In this document: piece by piece, positions 19,281 through 27,876 of the stretch
Position numbering within the stretch: the first letter of the stretch is position 1
Layout of the letters: each line of letters opens with the position of its first letter
Source: a bacterium
Lineage (GTDB): Bacteria > Patescibacteriota > Minisyncoccia > Phycocordibacterales > UBA9973
DNA length: 64,000 bases
Reading direction: 5' to 3'
NCBI GenBank assembly: GCA_027484965.1
Contig: JAIXRY010000008.1
Location: 1,069 to 65,068, forward strand
Notes under the pieces: generated by a model
Told to the model about the DNA's origin: nothing
The model's database searches: none
What the model saw: the letters and a program-made list of their open reading frames with translations, nothing else
Position numbers and translations under genes: made by a program

Positions 19281-19313
19281 ATTTTTGTTTTTTATAATTA
19301 TAGCTTATAAGTA

Positions 19314-20072
19314 TTAATCTGTCAAACTTTTAACACCTCTCATCATCTTTTCTAAATCTCTAACCCAAGATTCGTCAGATTTAAAAGTAACAATAGTCTT
19401 CTCTCTTCTACCAGTTATTTCATCTTTTATATACATTTCTTCTGGTTTATAAGGATTATCATCAACCAAAACTCTTTCAAAAGACCTTCCAAAATCGATA
19501 ACGGCAGGGTTTCCTGTTTCATTATCAATCATTACATTCCCAGCATGCAAATCTCTATGATAAATACCATTTTTATTGATATTTGAAATAAAATTATTTA
19601 ATAAGGAGAAAAATCTATCATGGTCGTAGTTTTCTGGAAGTTTTTCTCTGTGAGTACAGACATAAGCTATAGTATTACCATAAACCTCATCCATAACTAA
19701 AACCTGTCTAGAACCCCTCTTACCATCACCTTTATCTACTCCTCTAGCCTTAATAGAAGCTATAGGTTCTGGAACAAAGACACTATCATCTATATCTCTA
19801 ACTTTCTCCATAAAACTCATTTCAATTTCAGTGTCGTGATCAAGAAATCCTTGCCTGTCTACAACTTTATAACAAAAGCCTGCATTTTTTTGATCATCTC
19901 TAAAAACATCAGCTGATTTACCTGTACCAAGTTCATTTTGTTTAATAAATAACTCTTCAGCAAGATCACACAATCTATCTTCGAAATCTTCAGTATGAAG
20001 TTCCGGATATCTTTTCTCTACTTTTTCTGGGTGTTTAAGTAGAACATCAAAATTTGGATGTCTTTCAGTCAT
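19314..20072 (-). CDS. Protein-kinase-like phosphotransferase (RIO/Kdo/APH-like fold)
   Basis: LGTGKSADV glycine loop, YHRDLHAGNVM catalytic loop, IDFG; start reassigned to MTERHP because the longer ORF overlaps a tRNA. Confidence 0.8.
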   Translation of the reverse strand: MTERHPNFDVLLKHPEKVEKRYPELHTEDFEDRLCDLAEELFIKQNELGTGKSADVFRDDQKNAGFCYKVVDRQGFLDHDTEIEMSFMEKVRDIDDSVFVPEPIASIKARGVDKGDGKRGSRQVLVMDEVYGNTIAYVCTHREKLPENYDHDRFFSLLNNFISNINKNGIYHRDLHAGNVMIDNETGNPAVIDFGRSFERVLVDDNPYKPEEMYIKDEITGRREKTIVTFKSDESWVRDLEKMMRGVKSLTD

Positions 20073-20129
20073 ATAAAAATAATAGCACATATTTACTATA
20101 TTAATAAAATTTGCTAATATATATCCATT

Positions 20130-20200
20130 GCGGGATTGGTTTAGTGGTAGAATGTCTGCCTTCCAAGCAGAAGACAAGAGTTCGATTCTCTTATCCCGCA
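20130..20200 (+). tRNA. tRNA-Gly(UCC)
   Basis: GCGGGAT/ATCCCGC acceptor, TCTGC-CT-TCC-AA-GCAGA, TTCGATT. Confidence 0.95.
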
Positions 20201-20204
20201 CAGA

Positions 20205-20230
20205 AAAAATAGCCCGAAAGGGCTATTTTT
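20205..20230. terminator. Terminator after tRNA-Gly
   Basis: aaaaatagccc-gaaa-gggctattttt. Confidence 0.8.
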
Positions 20231-20395
20231 GCGGGATAAGCAAGTTTATACTCGACAGTACGATGAGTCATCGACTGCTTTACTTGCGTAGAGATGAGAA
20301 CGCCGGAACAATATTATATCAGCAGATAATTGTGAGGCGGTGCCCAGACAAATTCGGAGCGACGGCGAGAATTTAGTCGCGGGCGATTCTCATAT
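20230..20395. other. tRNA-associated multibranched non-coding element
   Basis: Begins with the reverse complement of the tRNA 3' end; several nested stems (see findings). Confidence 0.65.
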
Positions 20396-20634
20396 AAGAA
20401 TAAGAGAAAAAGTATATTTTTGTTTAAGCAAAGCGGAAGGCAAAAATACCAAACCGGGCCGTCCACAGGTGTCTATCTATCCCCTTAATAGACCGCAAAG
20501 TCTTAGAATAAAGTGAGAAGTTACCGAGTCGAACTCCCATTAAAAATAAAAACTCCCATTAAATAGGAGTTCACATTACAATAAAAAAATAAGAGACATC
20601 GTAAGTTTTTAACCTGGTCAATATATTGAAAAAA

Positions 20635-21078
20635 TTATTTTTCTATAACAACAGTTTCGTTAATACTTACAAAATCAAAAAGTTCAATCACGCTCTGATT
20701 TGCCATTCGTGTACAACCATGACTTACTTGCTTACCAAGATCATTTTCATGATTAGTTCCATGTATGTAAATAAAACGTTCTTTAGTGTTTTTATTTTGT
20801 TCATCAAGACCGTGAAGCCACATAACTCGTGTCAAAACAAGATCTTCAGCAACAGAAGAAGTATCCCAAATACCGATTGGTTTTCTACCTTTAAATATAG
20901 TATTTATAGGTAAATCTAATCCTATTTTTTGAAAAACTAAAAAATTACCATAAGGCGTTTTTTCACTACCAAATTCAAAACCAGTCCCATATTTTGATGT
21001 CGAAATTGGCCAATCCTTAATAACTGTATTATCTATATAATACAGAAGCCTTTGCTCTGATATTAAAATTTTTATCAT
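20635..21078 (-). CDS. L,D-transpeptidase catalytic domain (YkuD family)
   Basis: KTPYGNF, IYIHGT...SHGCTRM. Confidence 0.85.
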   Translation of the reverse strand: MIKILISEQRLLYYIDNTVIKDWPISTSKYGTGFEFGSEKTPYGNFLVFQKIGLDLPINTIFKGRKPIGIWDTSSVAEDLVLTRVMWLHGLDEQNKNTKERFIYIHGTNHENDLGKQVSHGCTRMANQSVIELFDFVSINETVVIEK

Positions 21079-21143
21079 ATTTATTTTTTTATATTTATAA
21101 ATACAATATCATTTTATCAATATAGTGTAAAATTATAGCTTAC

Positions 21144-21545
21144 TTACACAAAACTCTCAAAAACCTCTACTTTCCCCTTCTTTTGGTCTGTATCTATAAA
21201 TACCACCAACAAATCGCATTGCCATAGTTTATTCTCATCTATATGTTTCTCAAGCAAATACAGTTGCGTTGTCTTGAGAAACCTTTTAATCTTCTTCTCA
21301 TGCAAATTTTCTACTGGATTATAAACTGTTTCTCCCCTATTATTTTCAATAAAATTTCGTCTTATAGATTTTACCTCAACAAAATGAATAATGTTGTCTT
21401 TTTCAGCTACAATATCAACTTCTCCAAAGAATGTAGAGAAATTTGATTCTAAGATAGTAAAGCCATGTTTCATGAGAAACATAGAGGCAAGTTTTTCACC
21501 TATTTCCCCTACTTTCTGAGTTTTTGAAGTAAAAACCTTCATCAA
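21144..21545 (-). CDS. yraN: YraN-family nuclease (UPF0102)
   Basis: GEIGEKLA, GEVDIVA, FVEVK. Confidence 0.9.
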   Translation of the reverse strand: MMKVFTSKTQKVGEIGEKLASMFLMKHGFTILESNFSTFFGEVDIVAEKDNIIHFVEVKSIRRNFIENNRGETVYNPVENLHEKKIKRFLKTTQLYLLEKHIDENKLWQCDLLVVFIDTDQKKGKVEVFESFV

Positions 21546-21854
21546 GATAAGTATATAATAATCAAATAACAGAATATAGTTTATATATGTTACATGTGTA
21601 ACTAATTACTACAAAACATCTCTTATATTTAGAGATTAAAATATAGATATTTGTTTCAGGTGAAACAAATATGAGCTGTTTTACAATAAAATGTGTATTT
21701 TTTAATTTCTAGCACGTGAAACATATATACATCACCTATTGTCTATTATTTAATATGACTTTTCAAAAATACTTATATTTTGTAATACTATTTTAGTTTT
21801 TCAGACATTAAAAATTATGTTTGACCGATTGTAAAAAGTCGTCTCTTATAAACA

Positions 21855-21875
21855 CTATACACAGAGTTATCCACA
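21855..21875 (+). promoter_or_regulatory. DnaA boxes
   Basis: Perfect TTATCCACA 21867-21875; one-mismatch CTATACACA 21855-21863. Confidence 0.55.
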
Positions 21876-21997
21876 GTTTTGTTAAAAAATAAGGATAACT
21901 AGACCATAAAGTACTCATGTCTCCAAAAATAAAAAGACTGTCTTATTTTGAAATTAAGTGTGTACTTAAATGATCAACTATGCAATAATAGTTCTAC

Positions 21998-22069
21998 GCA
22001 CTTATGGTGAAATGGATATCACAGCGGTCTTCGGAACCGTTATTCTGGGTTCGAATCCTGGTAAGTGCA
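21998..22069 (+). tRNA. tRNA-Arg(UCG)
   Basis: GCACTTA/TAAGTGC acceptor, GCGGT-CT-TCG-GA-ACCGT, TTCGAAT. Confidence 0.93.
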
Positions 22070-22131
22070 CAAAGATTATATTTGCATTTTTTTGTACATA
22101 TGGATATAATTATCAATACCAATCTATATAA

Positions 22132-22202
22132 GCGGGATTGGTTTAGTGGTAAAATACGTCCTTGCCAAGGATGAGTCAAGAGTTCGATTCTCTTATCCCG
22201 CA
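22132..22202 (+). tRNA. tRNA-Gly(GCC)
   Basis: GCGGGAT/ATCCCGC acceptor, CGTCC-TT-GCC-AA-GGATG. Confidence 0.95.
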
Positions 22203-22226
22203 CAGATTAGGGTAACCAAGTTTCAT

Positions 22227-23780
22227 ATGAAACAAGACCCAATAAACAACAATATAATACCTGATTACGTTACACATGTAACACAAACTCTCGAAAAAGC
22301 TGGTTTTGAGGCTTTTCTTGTTGGTGGTTGTGTAAGAGATCTAATAATAGGAAAGGAGATAGAAGATTGGGACATGACAACAAACGCCAAACCAGAAGAT
22401 ATGCTAGGGCTTTTTGAGAAGACTGTATATGAAAATAGTTTTGGGACAGTCGCTGTATGTATACCTAAAGTTACACACGAAACTAATATTTTAACGAATA
22501 GTGAACAAAGTAATGTTTCATATGTAACAAATACTGGTGTTTCACCTGAAACAAAACAGAAATATAATATCGTAGAGGTTACACCTTATAGAAAAGAGGG
22601 TATTTATAAAGATTCTAGACGTCCAGAAAGTGTCTCATTCAGTGAAAATATAGAAGACGATCTAAAAAGACGTGATTTTACAATGAATGCTGTCGCATAT
22701 AGTATTTCTAAAGGACAGTTTATTGACCTTTATAAAGGACAAGAAGACATAAAGGACAAAGTTATTAGAGCAGTAGGAGACCCAAATGAACGCTTCCAAG
22801 AAGATGCGCTTCGAATGATGCGAGCAATTAGGTTTTCCACAGTTTTGAATTTCGCAATTGAAAGTGAGACATTGAGTGCTATTTATACAAACAGGGAATT
22901 AATTAAAAATATCTCCCAAGAACGCATTCGTGATGAATTCTTAAAGATAATAGAAAGCAATAACCCGAGTATGGGAATTGTACTTCTTGAAAAGACTGGA
23001 TTGCTCAAATATATTATTCCAGAACTTCGCGAAGGAATAGGGTGCGAACAGGGTGGGGCACACAAATTCGCAGTGTTCGAACATTTACTCGGAGCACTCG
23101 ACCATGCAGCCCAAAAAGGATTCTCTACAGAAATACGTCTAGCGGCACTATTCCACGATATAGGTAAACCTCGAACTCGTCGCCCAGGCACAAAGAAAGC
23201 TTATACATTCTATGGTCACGAAGTAGTGGGAGCTAAGATGGTAAAGAAAATAATGGAAAGAATGAAATTTCCAAAAGATACAACAGACTTCGTTACCAAT
23301 ATGGTTCGTCGTCATATGTTCTTCTCAGATACAGAACAAATAACTCTATCAGCAGTACGTCGTGTTATTGCAAATGTGGGAGCAGATCATATATGGGAGC
23401 TTATGGAAATCCGTGAATGTGACAGAGTAGGGATGAGTAAAGTTGAAGCACCATATAGACTTAGAAAATATCACGCAATGATCGAAGAATGTCTTCGTGA
23501 TCCAATATCAGTATCACAACTCGCTATCGACGGCTCATATATGATTAATGAGCTTAAAATGACTCCAGGACCACGCATGGGATGGATTCTATTATCTTTA
23601 CTTGAAGAAGTATTAGACGACCCCACAAAGAACACAATCGAAATATTAAAAGAAAGAGTTCTTGATCTAAACGAACTCGATGACCATACACTTCGAACTC
23701 TCGGCGAGAAGGCTAAAAAACAAAAAGAAGAACTCGATGAAAAGGAAGTAGGGGAATTACATAAAAAACATAGGGTTTAA
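22227..23780 (+). CDS. cca: CCA tRNA nucleotidyltransferase (class II, HD domain)
   Basis: LVGGCVRDL, DWD, RRDFTMNA, EDALRMMRAIRF, LFHDIGKP; start reassigned to MKQDP because the longer ORF overlaps a tRNA. Confidence 0.92.
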   Translation: MKQDPINNNIIPDYVTHVTQTLEKAGFEAFLVGGCVRDLIIGKEIEDWDMTTNAKPEDMLGLFEKTVYENSFGTVAVCIPKVTHETNILTNSEQSNVSYVTNTGVSPETKQKYNIVEVTPYRKEGIYKDSRRPESVSFSENIEDDLKRRDFTMNAVAYSISKGQFIDLYKGQEDIKDKVIRAVGDPNERFQEDALRMMRAIRFSTVLNFAIESETLSAIYTNRELIKNISQERIRDEFLKIIESNNPSMGIVLLEKTGLLKYIIPELREGIGCEQGGAHKFAVFEHLLGALDHAAQKGFSTEIRLAALFHDIGKPRTRRPGTKKAYTFYGHEVVGAKMVKKIMERMKFPKDTTDFVTNMVRRHMFFSDTEQITLSAVRRVIANVGADHIWELMEIRECDRVGMSKVEAPYRLRKYHAMIEECLRDPISVSQLAIDGSYMINELKMTPGPRMGWILLSLLEEVLDDPTKNTIEILKERVLDLNELDDHTLRTLGEKAKKQKEELDEKEVGELHKKHRV

Positions 23781-23815
23781 ATAAAAACACCCACAAATGT
23801 GGGTGTTTTTATTTA
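23778..23815. terminator. Bidirectional terminator
   Basis: taaataaaaacacccac-aaat-gtgggtgtttttattta. Confidence 0.8.
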
Positions 23816-24142
23816 TTACCATTGACCATGAGTACTTGGATTATAGTCGTTTGGTTTTTTATGTAATTCATCCCATTCATTCACAGTCTCATTCTTACCT
23901 TTCATATACCACTCATTATCACGAAATTCTATATTTTCTGGATAAAGAACATGGTACTGGTTGGCAATCTTTTTTCTTTCTTCTATATAAGAATCTTCTG
24001 ATTCAAATTTTCCCAAGAATAATTCTACTTCTTTTTTAGAAGTTTCCTCTTGAATTCTTTGAGCCTCTTTTGTAAAATTAAATTGACCTTCTGGTGGGAG
24101 ATCTTTATTACCCTCTAAATCTAAATGGAATTGCATATACAT
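23816..24142 (-). CDS. Hypothetical protein
   Basis: 108-aa charged ORF; may start at MQF (24136). Confidence 0.65.
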   Translation of the reverse strand: MYMQFHLDLEGNKDLPPEGQFNFTKEAQRIQEETSKKEVELFLGKFESEDSYIEERKKIANQYHVLYPENIEFRDNEWYMKGKNETVNEWDELHKKPNDYNPSTHGQW

Positions 24143-24264
24143 AAAGTATACGCCACTTATAAAAAAAGAAAAGGCCGGCCTCCGTTAATACGAAGACCGG
24201 CTTTAGCCTATGAACGGTATGTTTCTACCCCTAGAACATACATCTATAGACAACGATACTATAA

Positions 24265-25050
24265 TTAAAAAATAATGTCAATATATATAGGGCAATGATC
24301 AGAACCTGTATAGTCTGTGAGATGTTCTGATTTTTTGAGATAGGGGAGCAAATCAGGTGAAATAAAGAAATAATCTATACGCCAACCAACATTACGAGAA
24401 CGAGCACCTGTCTTCTGATCCCAATATGTATAAGAATCTTTTGCGTCTGGATGAAGTGTGCGGAAAGTATCTACATATCCAAGAGATACAACCTTATCAA
24501 TCCAAGCACGTTCTTGTGGGAGAAATCCTGTGTTGTCTTTGTTTTCTTTTGGACGAGCAAGGTCTATTTCGTTATGAGCAGTGTTCACATCACCACAAAC
24601 AATCACCCCATAACCTTCTTTTCTATACTTTTCCATTTTTTTCAAAAATGCATCATAAAAACGCATTTTATAATCGAGTCGTATTGGACCACCTCCACCA
24701 TTAGGGAAGTAGCAATTCATAAGAACAAAAGGATGGTCTACGTCATCAAAAACAAGAACATTTGTTCGTCCTTCATCATCGAATTCTTCCACACCAAACC
24801 CATCCATCACTTCGCTTGGATTTATTTTTGTATATACACCAACACCACTATAACCTTTGCGAGTTTTACAGTGAGATAAGAAGAGTTCATAACCTTTTAT
24901 ATTCTTAACTTCATCTCCGAGCTGATCTAATTCGGCTTTTACTTCTTGAAGACAAAGTATGTCAGCCTTATGCTTTGTAAATAAATCCATAAAATCACCA
25001 TTTTTGACAGTTGCACGTAAGCCATTTGTGTTCCATGAGATTATTTTCAT
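24265..25050 (-). CDS. xth: Exodeoxyribonuclease III
   Basis: ISWNTNGLRA, LQEVK, GDVNTAH, GWRIDY, SDHCP. Confidence 0.97.
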   Translation of the reverse strand: MKIISWNTNGLRATVKNGDFMDLFTKHKADILCLQEVKAELDQLGDEVKNIKGYELFLSHCKTRKGYSGVGVYTKINPSEVMDGFGVEEFDDEGRTNVLVFDDVDHPFVLMNCYFPNGGGGPIRLDYKMRFYDAFLKKMEKYRKEGYGVIVCGDVNTAHNEIDLARPKENKDNTGFLPQERAWIDKVVSLGYVDTFRTLHPDAKDSYTYWDQKTGARSRNVGWRIDYFFISPDLLPYLKKSEHLTDYTGSDHCPIYIDIIF

Positions 25051-25144
25051 AAAACTTATTTTATCATAGAATCTTTACTTTTTCAGAAAAAAGAGTAAAG
25101 TATTAATTAGATAAAAATTCACAACCAAATAAAACACTACAGCA

Positions 25145-25744
25145 ATGGAAAAACATCACTTTTCAACCACTATTTTTGCGCTAATTATTTTTTTTAGCAC
25201 CATCCTATTTAGTTTTCACCCTGCATGGATGAATAGCTTATTTGAACAAATTTCAATAAGCTATAAAAATCTTACATATTTTGTAATCATTTCACTAATT
25301 ATTGGTCTTGTTCCTTTTGGAATGAGCTTTAAAATTGAAACAAAAGAACCAGAACAAGAAACAGAGCTAGATCCTGATTATGAAGCCGAAAAAACTTTTT
25401 ATTTTTTTCAGTTTAATGCATTTCTTTTATTTAGAGTTATTCTTACATCTCTAGTTTTAACAATTTCAGCCTATTATTTTATAGACGGAAATCTACATTC
25501 TTGGTGCAAAGAAGGAACGAGTACTATTTTTACACTTGTTTTATTGTTTTTTAATGGAGTATCTTCAATAATTCTTGGATATAGAACATTTTTATTGCTT
25601 GAATTTAAAAGCATTAGTAAAGCAAAAGGAATTGAAAGTTTGGCTGGTCAAATTAAATATGACCCTAGCAGAATAAGAGACAAGGGTTATAATTATGGAT
25701 ACACAGGAGGACCTAACACTCGCACACCAAGTAGAAACAGTTAA
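25145..25744 (+). CDS. Hypothetical four-TM membrane protein (ORFan)
   Basis: Four hydrophobic helices; ends at hairpin 25750-25769. Confidence 0.65.
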   Translation: MEKHHFSTTIFALIIFFSTILFSFHPAWMNSLFEQISISYKNLTYFVIISLIIGLVPFGMSFKIETKEPEQETELDPDYEAEKTFYFFQFNAFLLFRVILTSLVLTISAYYFIDGNLHSWCKEGTSTIFTLVLLFFNGVSSIILGYRTFLLLEFKSISKAKGIESLAGQIKYDPSRIRDKGYNYGYTGGPNTRTPSRNS

Positions 25745-25771
25745 TTTGGGCGCATCTTTTTAGATGCGCTT

Positions 25772-26683
25772 TTATTTTTTCTTACTATGAAACTTTTTAT
25801 GTACTTCACGAAGTTGAGCATCAGTAACGTGCGTATACACCTGCGTCGTTGCAATATTCGCATGACCGAGCATCATCTGAACAGAACGAATATCAGCACC
25901 ATTTGAAAGAAGATCAGTAGCGAATGAGTGACGAATAACGTGAGGTGTAACCTTACGAGAAATACCAGATGCGATTGCGTACTTTTTTACAATACGTTCG
26001 ATAGAGCGAGGAGTAAGTCTATTTGTTTCTGATTTCCTATTTGAACTCTGTAGAAACATAGGCTCTTCCATATCTTTTCTATTTTCCAAATATTTTTTAA
26101 TAGCACTCTTAGCATCGTCAGAGAGAAATACTACGCGCACCTTTTCACCTTTTCCACGAATTGAGAATTCATCTCGAGTAAGATCAAGATCACGATTAAG
26201 AGAGCAGAGTTCAGAAAGACGAAGTCCTGTAGAGAAAAATAACTCAAGAATAGCTTTATCGCGAAGACCTTGGAGACGTGTCATATCTGGCGCTTTTAGA
26301 AGTCTGTCGAGCTCATTTGTTGTCATTAGATCAAGTTCGCGACCCTTTATCTTTGCAAGTTCAACTCTATCTGGAGTCAGAGCAGTAATGCTTCTTTTCA
26401 TTAAATACTTCAAGAAAACACGAAGAGCAATCATGTGATAGTTCTGAGTATTCTTTTTCAAATTTGCAGATGCTTGTCCGCGAACTTTTACACCTGGTTG
26501 GCGATTGAGAAAAAGTCTAAATTCACGAACGTTGTCGTCATTAATATCAGAAGGGGACTTTATCTTTGCTTGTTCAAAAAAACGAGTGAGATATCTGTCA
26601 TAATTCTCAACAGTTTTTAGACTTGAACCTTTTTCAATTTCCAAATATTCGAGAAATTGTCTTTTAATTACATAAATGTCCAT
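25772..26683 (-). CDS. Xer-family tyrosine recombinase
   Basis: STGLRLSEL, RGKGEKVR, TPHVIRHSFATDLL, LGHANIATTQVY. Confidence 0.92.
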   Translation of the reverse strand: MDIYVIKRQFLEYLEIEKGSSLKTVENYDRYLTRFFEQAKIKSPSDINDDNVREFRLFLNRQPGVKVRGQASANLKKNTQNYHMIALRVFLKYLMKRSITALTPDRVELAKIKGRELDLMTTNELDRLLKAPDMTRLQGLRDKAILELFFSTGLRLSELCSLNRDLDLTRDEFSIRGKGEKVRVVFLSDDAKSAIKKYLENRKDMEEPMFLQSSNRKSETNRLTPRSIERIVKKYAIASGISRKVTPHVIRHSFATDLLSNGADIRSVQMMLGHANIATTQVYTHVTDAQLREVHKKFHSKKK

Positions 26684-26787
26684 ATATCTAGTGTCGCACA
26701 ATATTTTTACTTTAAAAAGGGGAAAGATGTGTTAAAAGAATATTAGGGTATTGCGTTTTTATACGATTATGCTATTATATACAGGCA

Positions 26788-27051
26788 ATGTTAACTACAA
26801 AGAAAAAACAAACAGTAATCAAAAAGAACCAAAAACACGAGAAAGATACTGGTTCTTCAGGTGTTCAAGTAGCAATTCTATCAACTCGTATTGATGAACT
26901 TGCAAAACACCTCAAAAAACACGCTAAAGACGTGCATTCTCGTCGCGGTCTTATCAAAATGGTTTCAGAACGTCGTTCACATTTGAAATATCTAGAAAGA
27001 ACAGACAAGACTCTTTTCAATAAAATGCAAAAAGAAATAAAAGGTAACTAA
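26788..27051 (+). CDS. rpsO: 30S ribosomal protein S15
   Basis: DTGSSGVQVAIL, KDVHSRRGL. Confidence 0.97.
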   Translation: MLTTKKKQTVIKKNQKHEKDTGSSGVQVAILSTRIDELAKHLKKHAKDVHSRRGLIKMVSERRSHLKYLERTDKTLFNKMQKEIKGN

Positions 27052-27062
27052 TACTATACTTT

Positions 27063-27100
27063 TAATCAAAATGTCTCCCGCTCGGGAGACATTTTGATTA
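27063..27100. terminator. Terminator after rpsO
   Basis: taatcaaaatgtctccc-gctc-gggagacattttgatta. Confidence 0.8.
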
Positions 27101-27141
27101 GTACTTTTTATATAATCTAAAAAAGTATAGAATATACATAT

Positions 27142-27681
27142 ATGTCAACAATAAAACATGACGAACAAAGAATTGGTATCTTCATAGATACACAAAATCT
27201 CTATCATAGTGCAAAAAATCTCTATCAAAGAAAAGTAAACTTCGGAGCAATAATGAAGGAAGTGGCAAGTGGAAGAAAACTTGTGCGTGCAATCGCATAC
27301 GTGATAACTTCTGAAGGAGGAGAAGAAAAAGCATTCTTCGAAGCACTAAACAAATTTGGAATTGAAACAAAGACAAAAGATCTGCAAATATTCGCCGGTG
27401 GTGCCAAGAAGGGTGACTGGGACGTAGGACTTGCTGTAGATGTAATGAAAATGTCTCCACGTCTTGACGCTGTAGTACTTGTAACAGGAGACGGTGACTT
27501 TATACCTCTTATAGAATATTTACAATCACAACTTGTACAAGTAGAAGTAGCTTCTTTTGGAAAGTCTACTTCAATGAAACTGAAAGAAGTGGTGGATAAT
27601 TTTATTGATTTATCAATCACTCCACAAAAATACTTGATAGGATACCGGGGAAGAAAGGTAAAAGTTAAAGTTCAAAAATAA
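27142..27681 (+). CDS. NYN domain (LabA/DUF88) protein
   Basis: FIDTQNLY, KGDWDVGLAVD, LVTGDGDF. Confidence 0.9.
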   Translation: MSTIKHDEQRIGIFIDTQNLYHSAKNLYQRKVNFGAIMKEVASGRKLVRAIAYVITSEGGEEKAFFEALNKFGIETKTKDLQIFAGGAKKGDWDVGLAVDVMKMSPRLDAVVLVTGDGDFIPLIEYLQSQLVQVEVASFGKSTSMKLKEVVDNFIDLSITPQKYLIGYRGRKVKVKVQK

Positions 27682-27876
27682 GAAGTCAAAATTGTAAGTT
27701 AGAATTAAAAAGTTAAGACAACAGCGGCGCCTAAAAGGCACCGCTGTTGTTCTTTTTTTTACTTATCTATTTTGAATTATACTTCTGACTTTTTATTTTT
27801 GAATTTTTAATTCATTTTTGCCTTTTAACTTACAAATTTTGAATTTGAAATTTAATTATCGTGTTATACTTTTTGT

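Larger units (their letters stand above)
21466..22553. promoter_or_regulatory. parS: Cluster of nine parS-like sites
   Basis: 16-mers resembling TGTTTCACGTGAAACA at 21466, 21588, 21652, 21708, 22219, 22268, 22469, 22514, 22538. Confidence 0.85.

Noticed and set aside
20128-20376. 82-aa ORF, and ORFs 18630-18896 and 21994-22203
   Set aside because: Shadows of tRNA genes and structured non-coding DNA.
25772-26683. Tyrosine recombinase as a prophage or integron integrase
   Set aside because: Xer-like length and motifs, no IntI insertion, no attC array or phage genes nearby.
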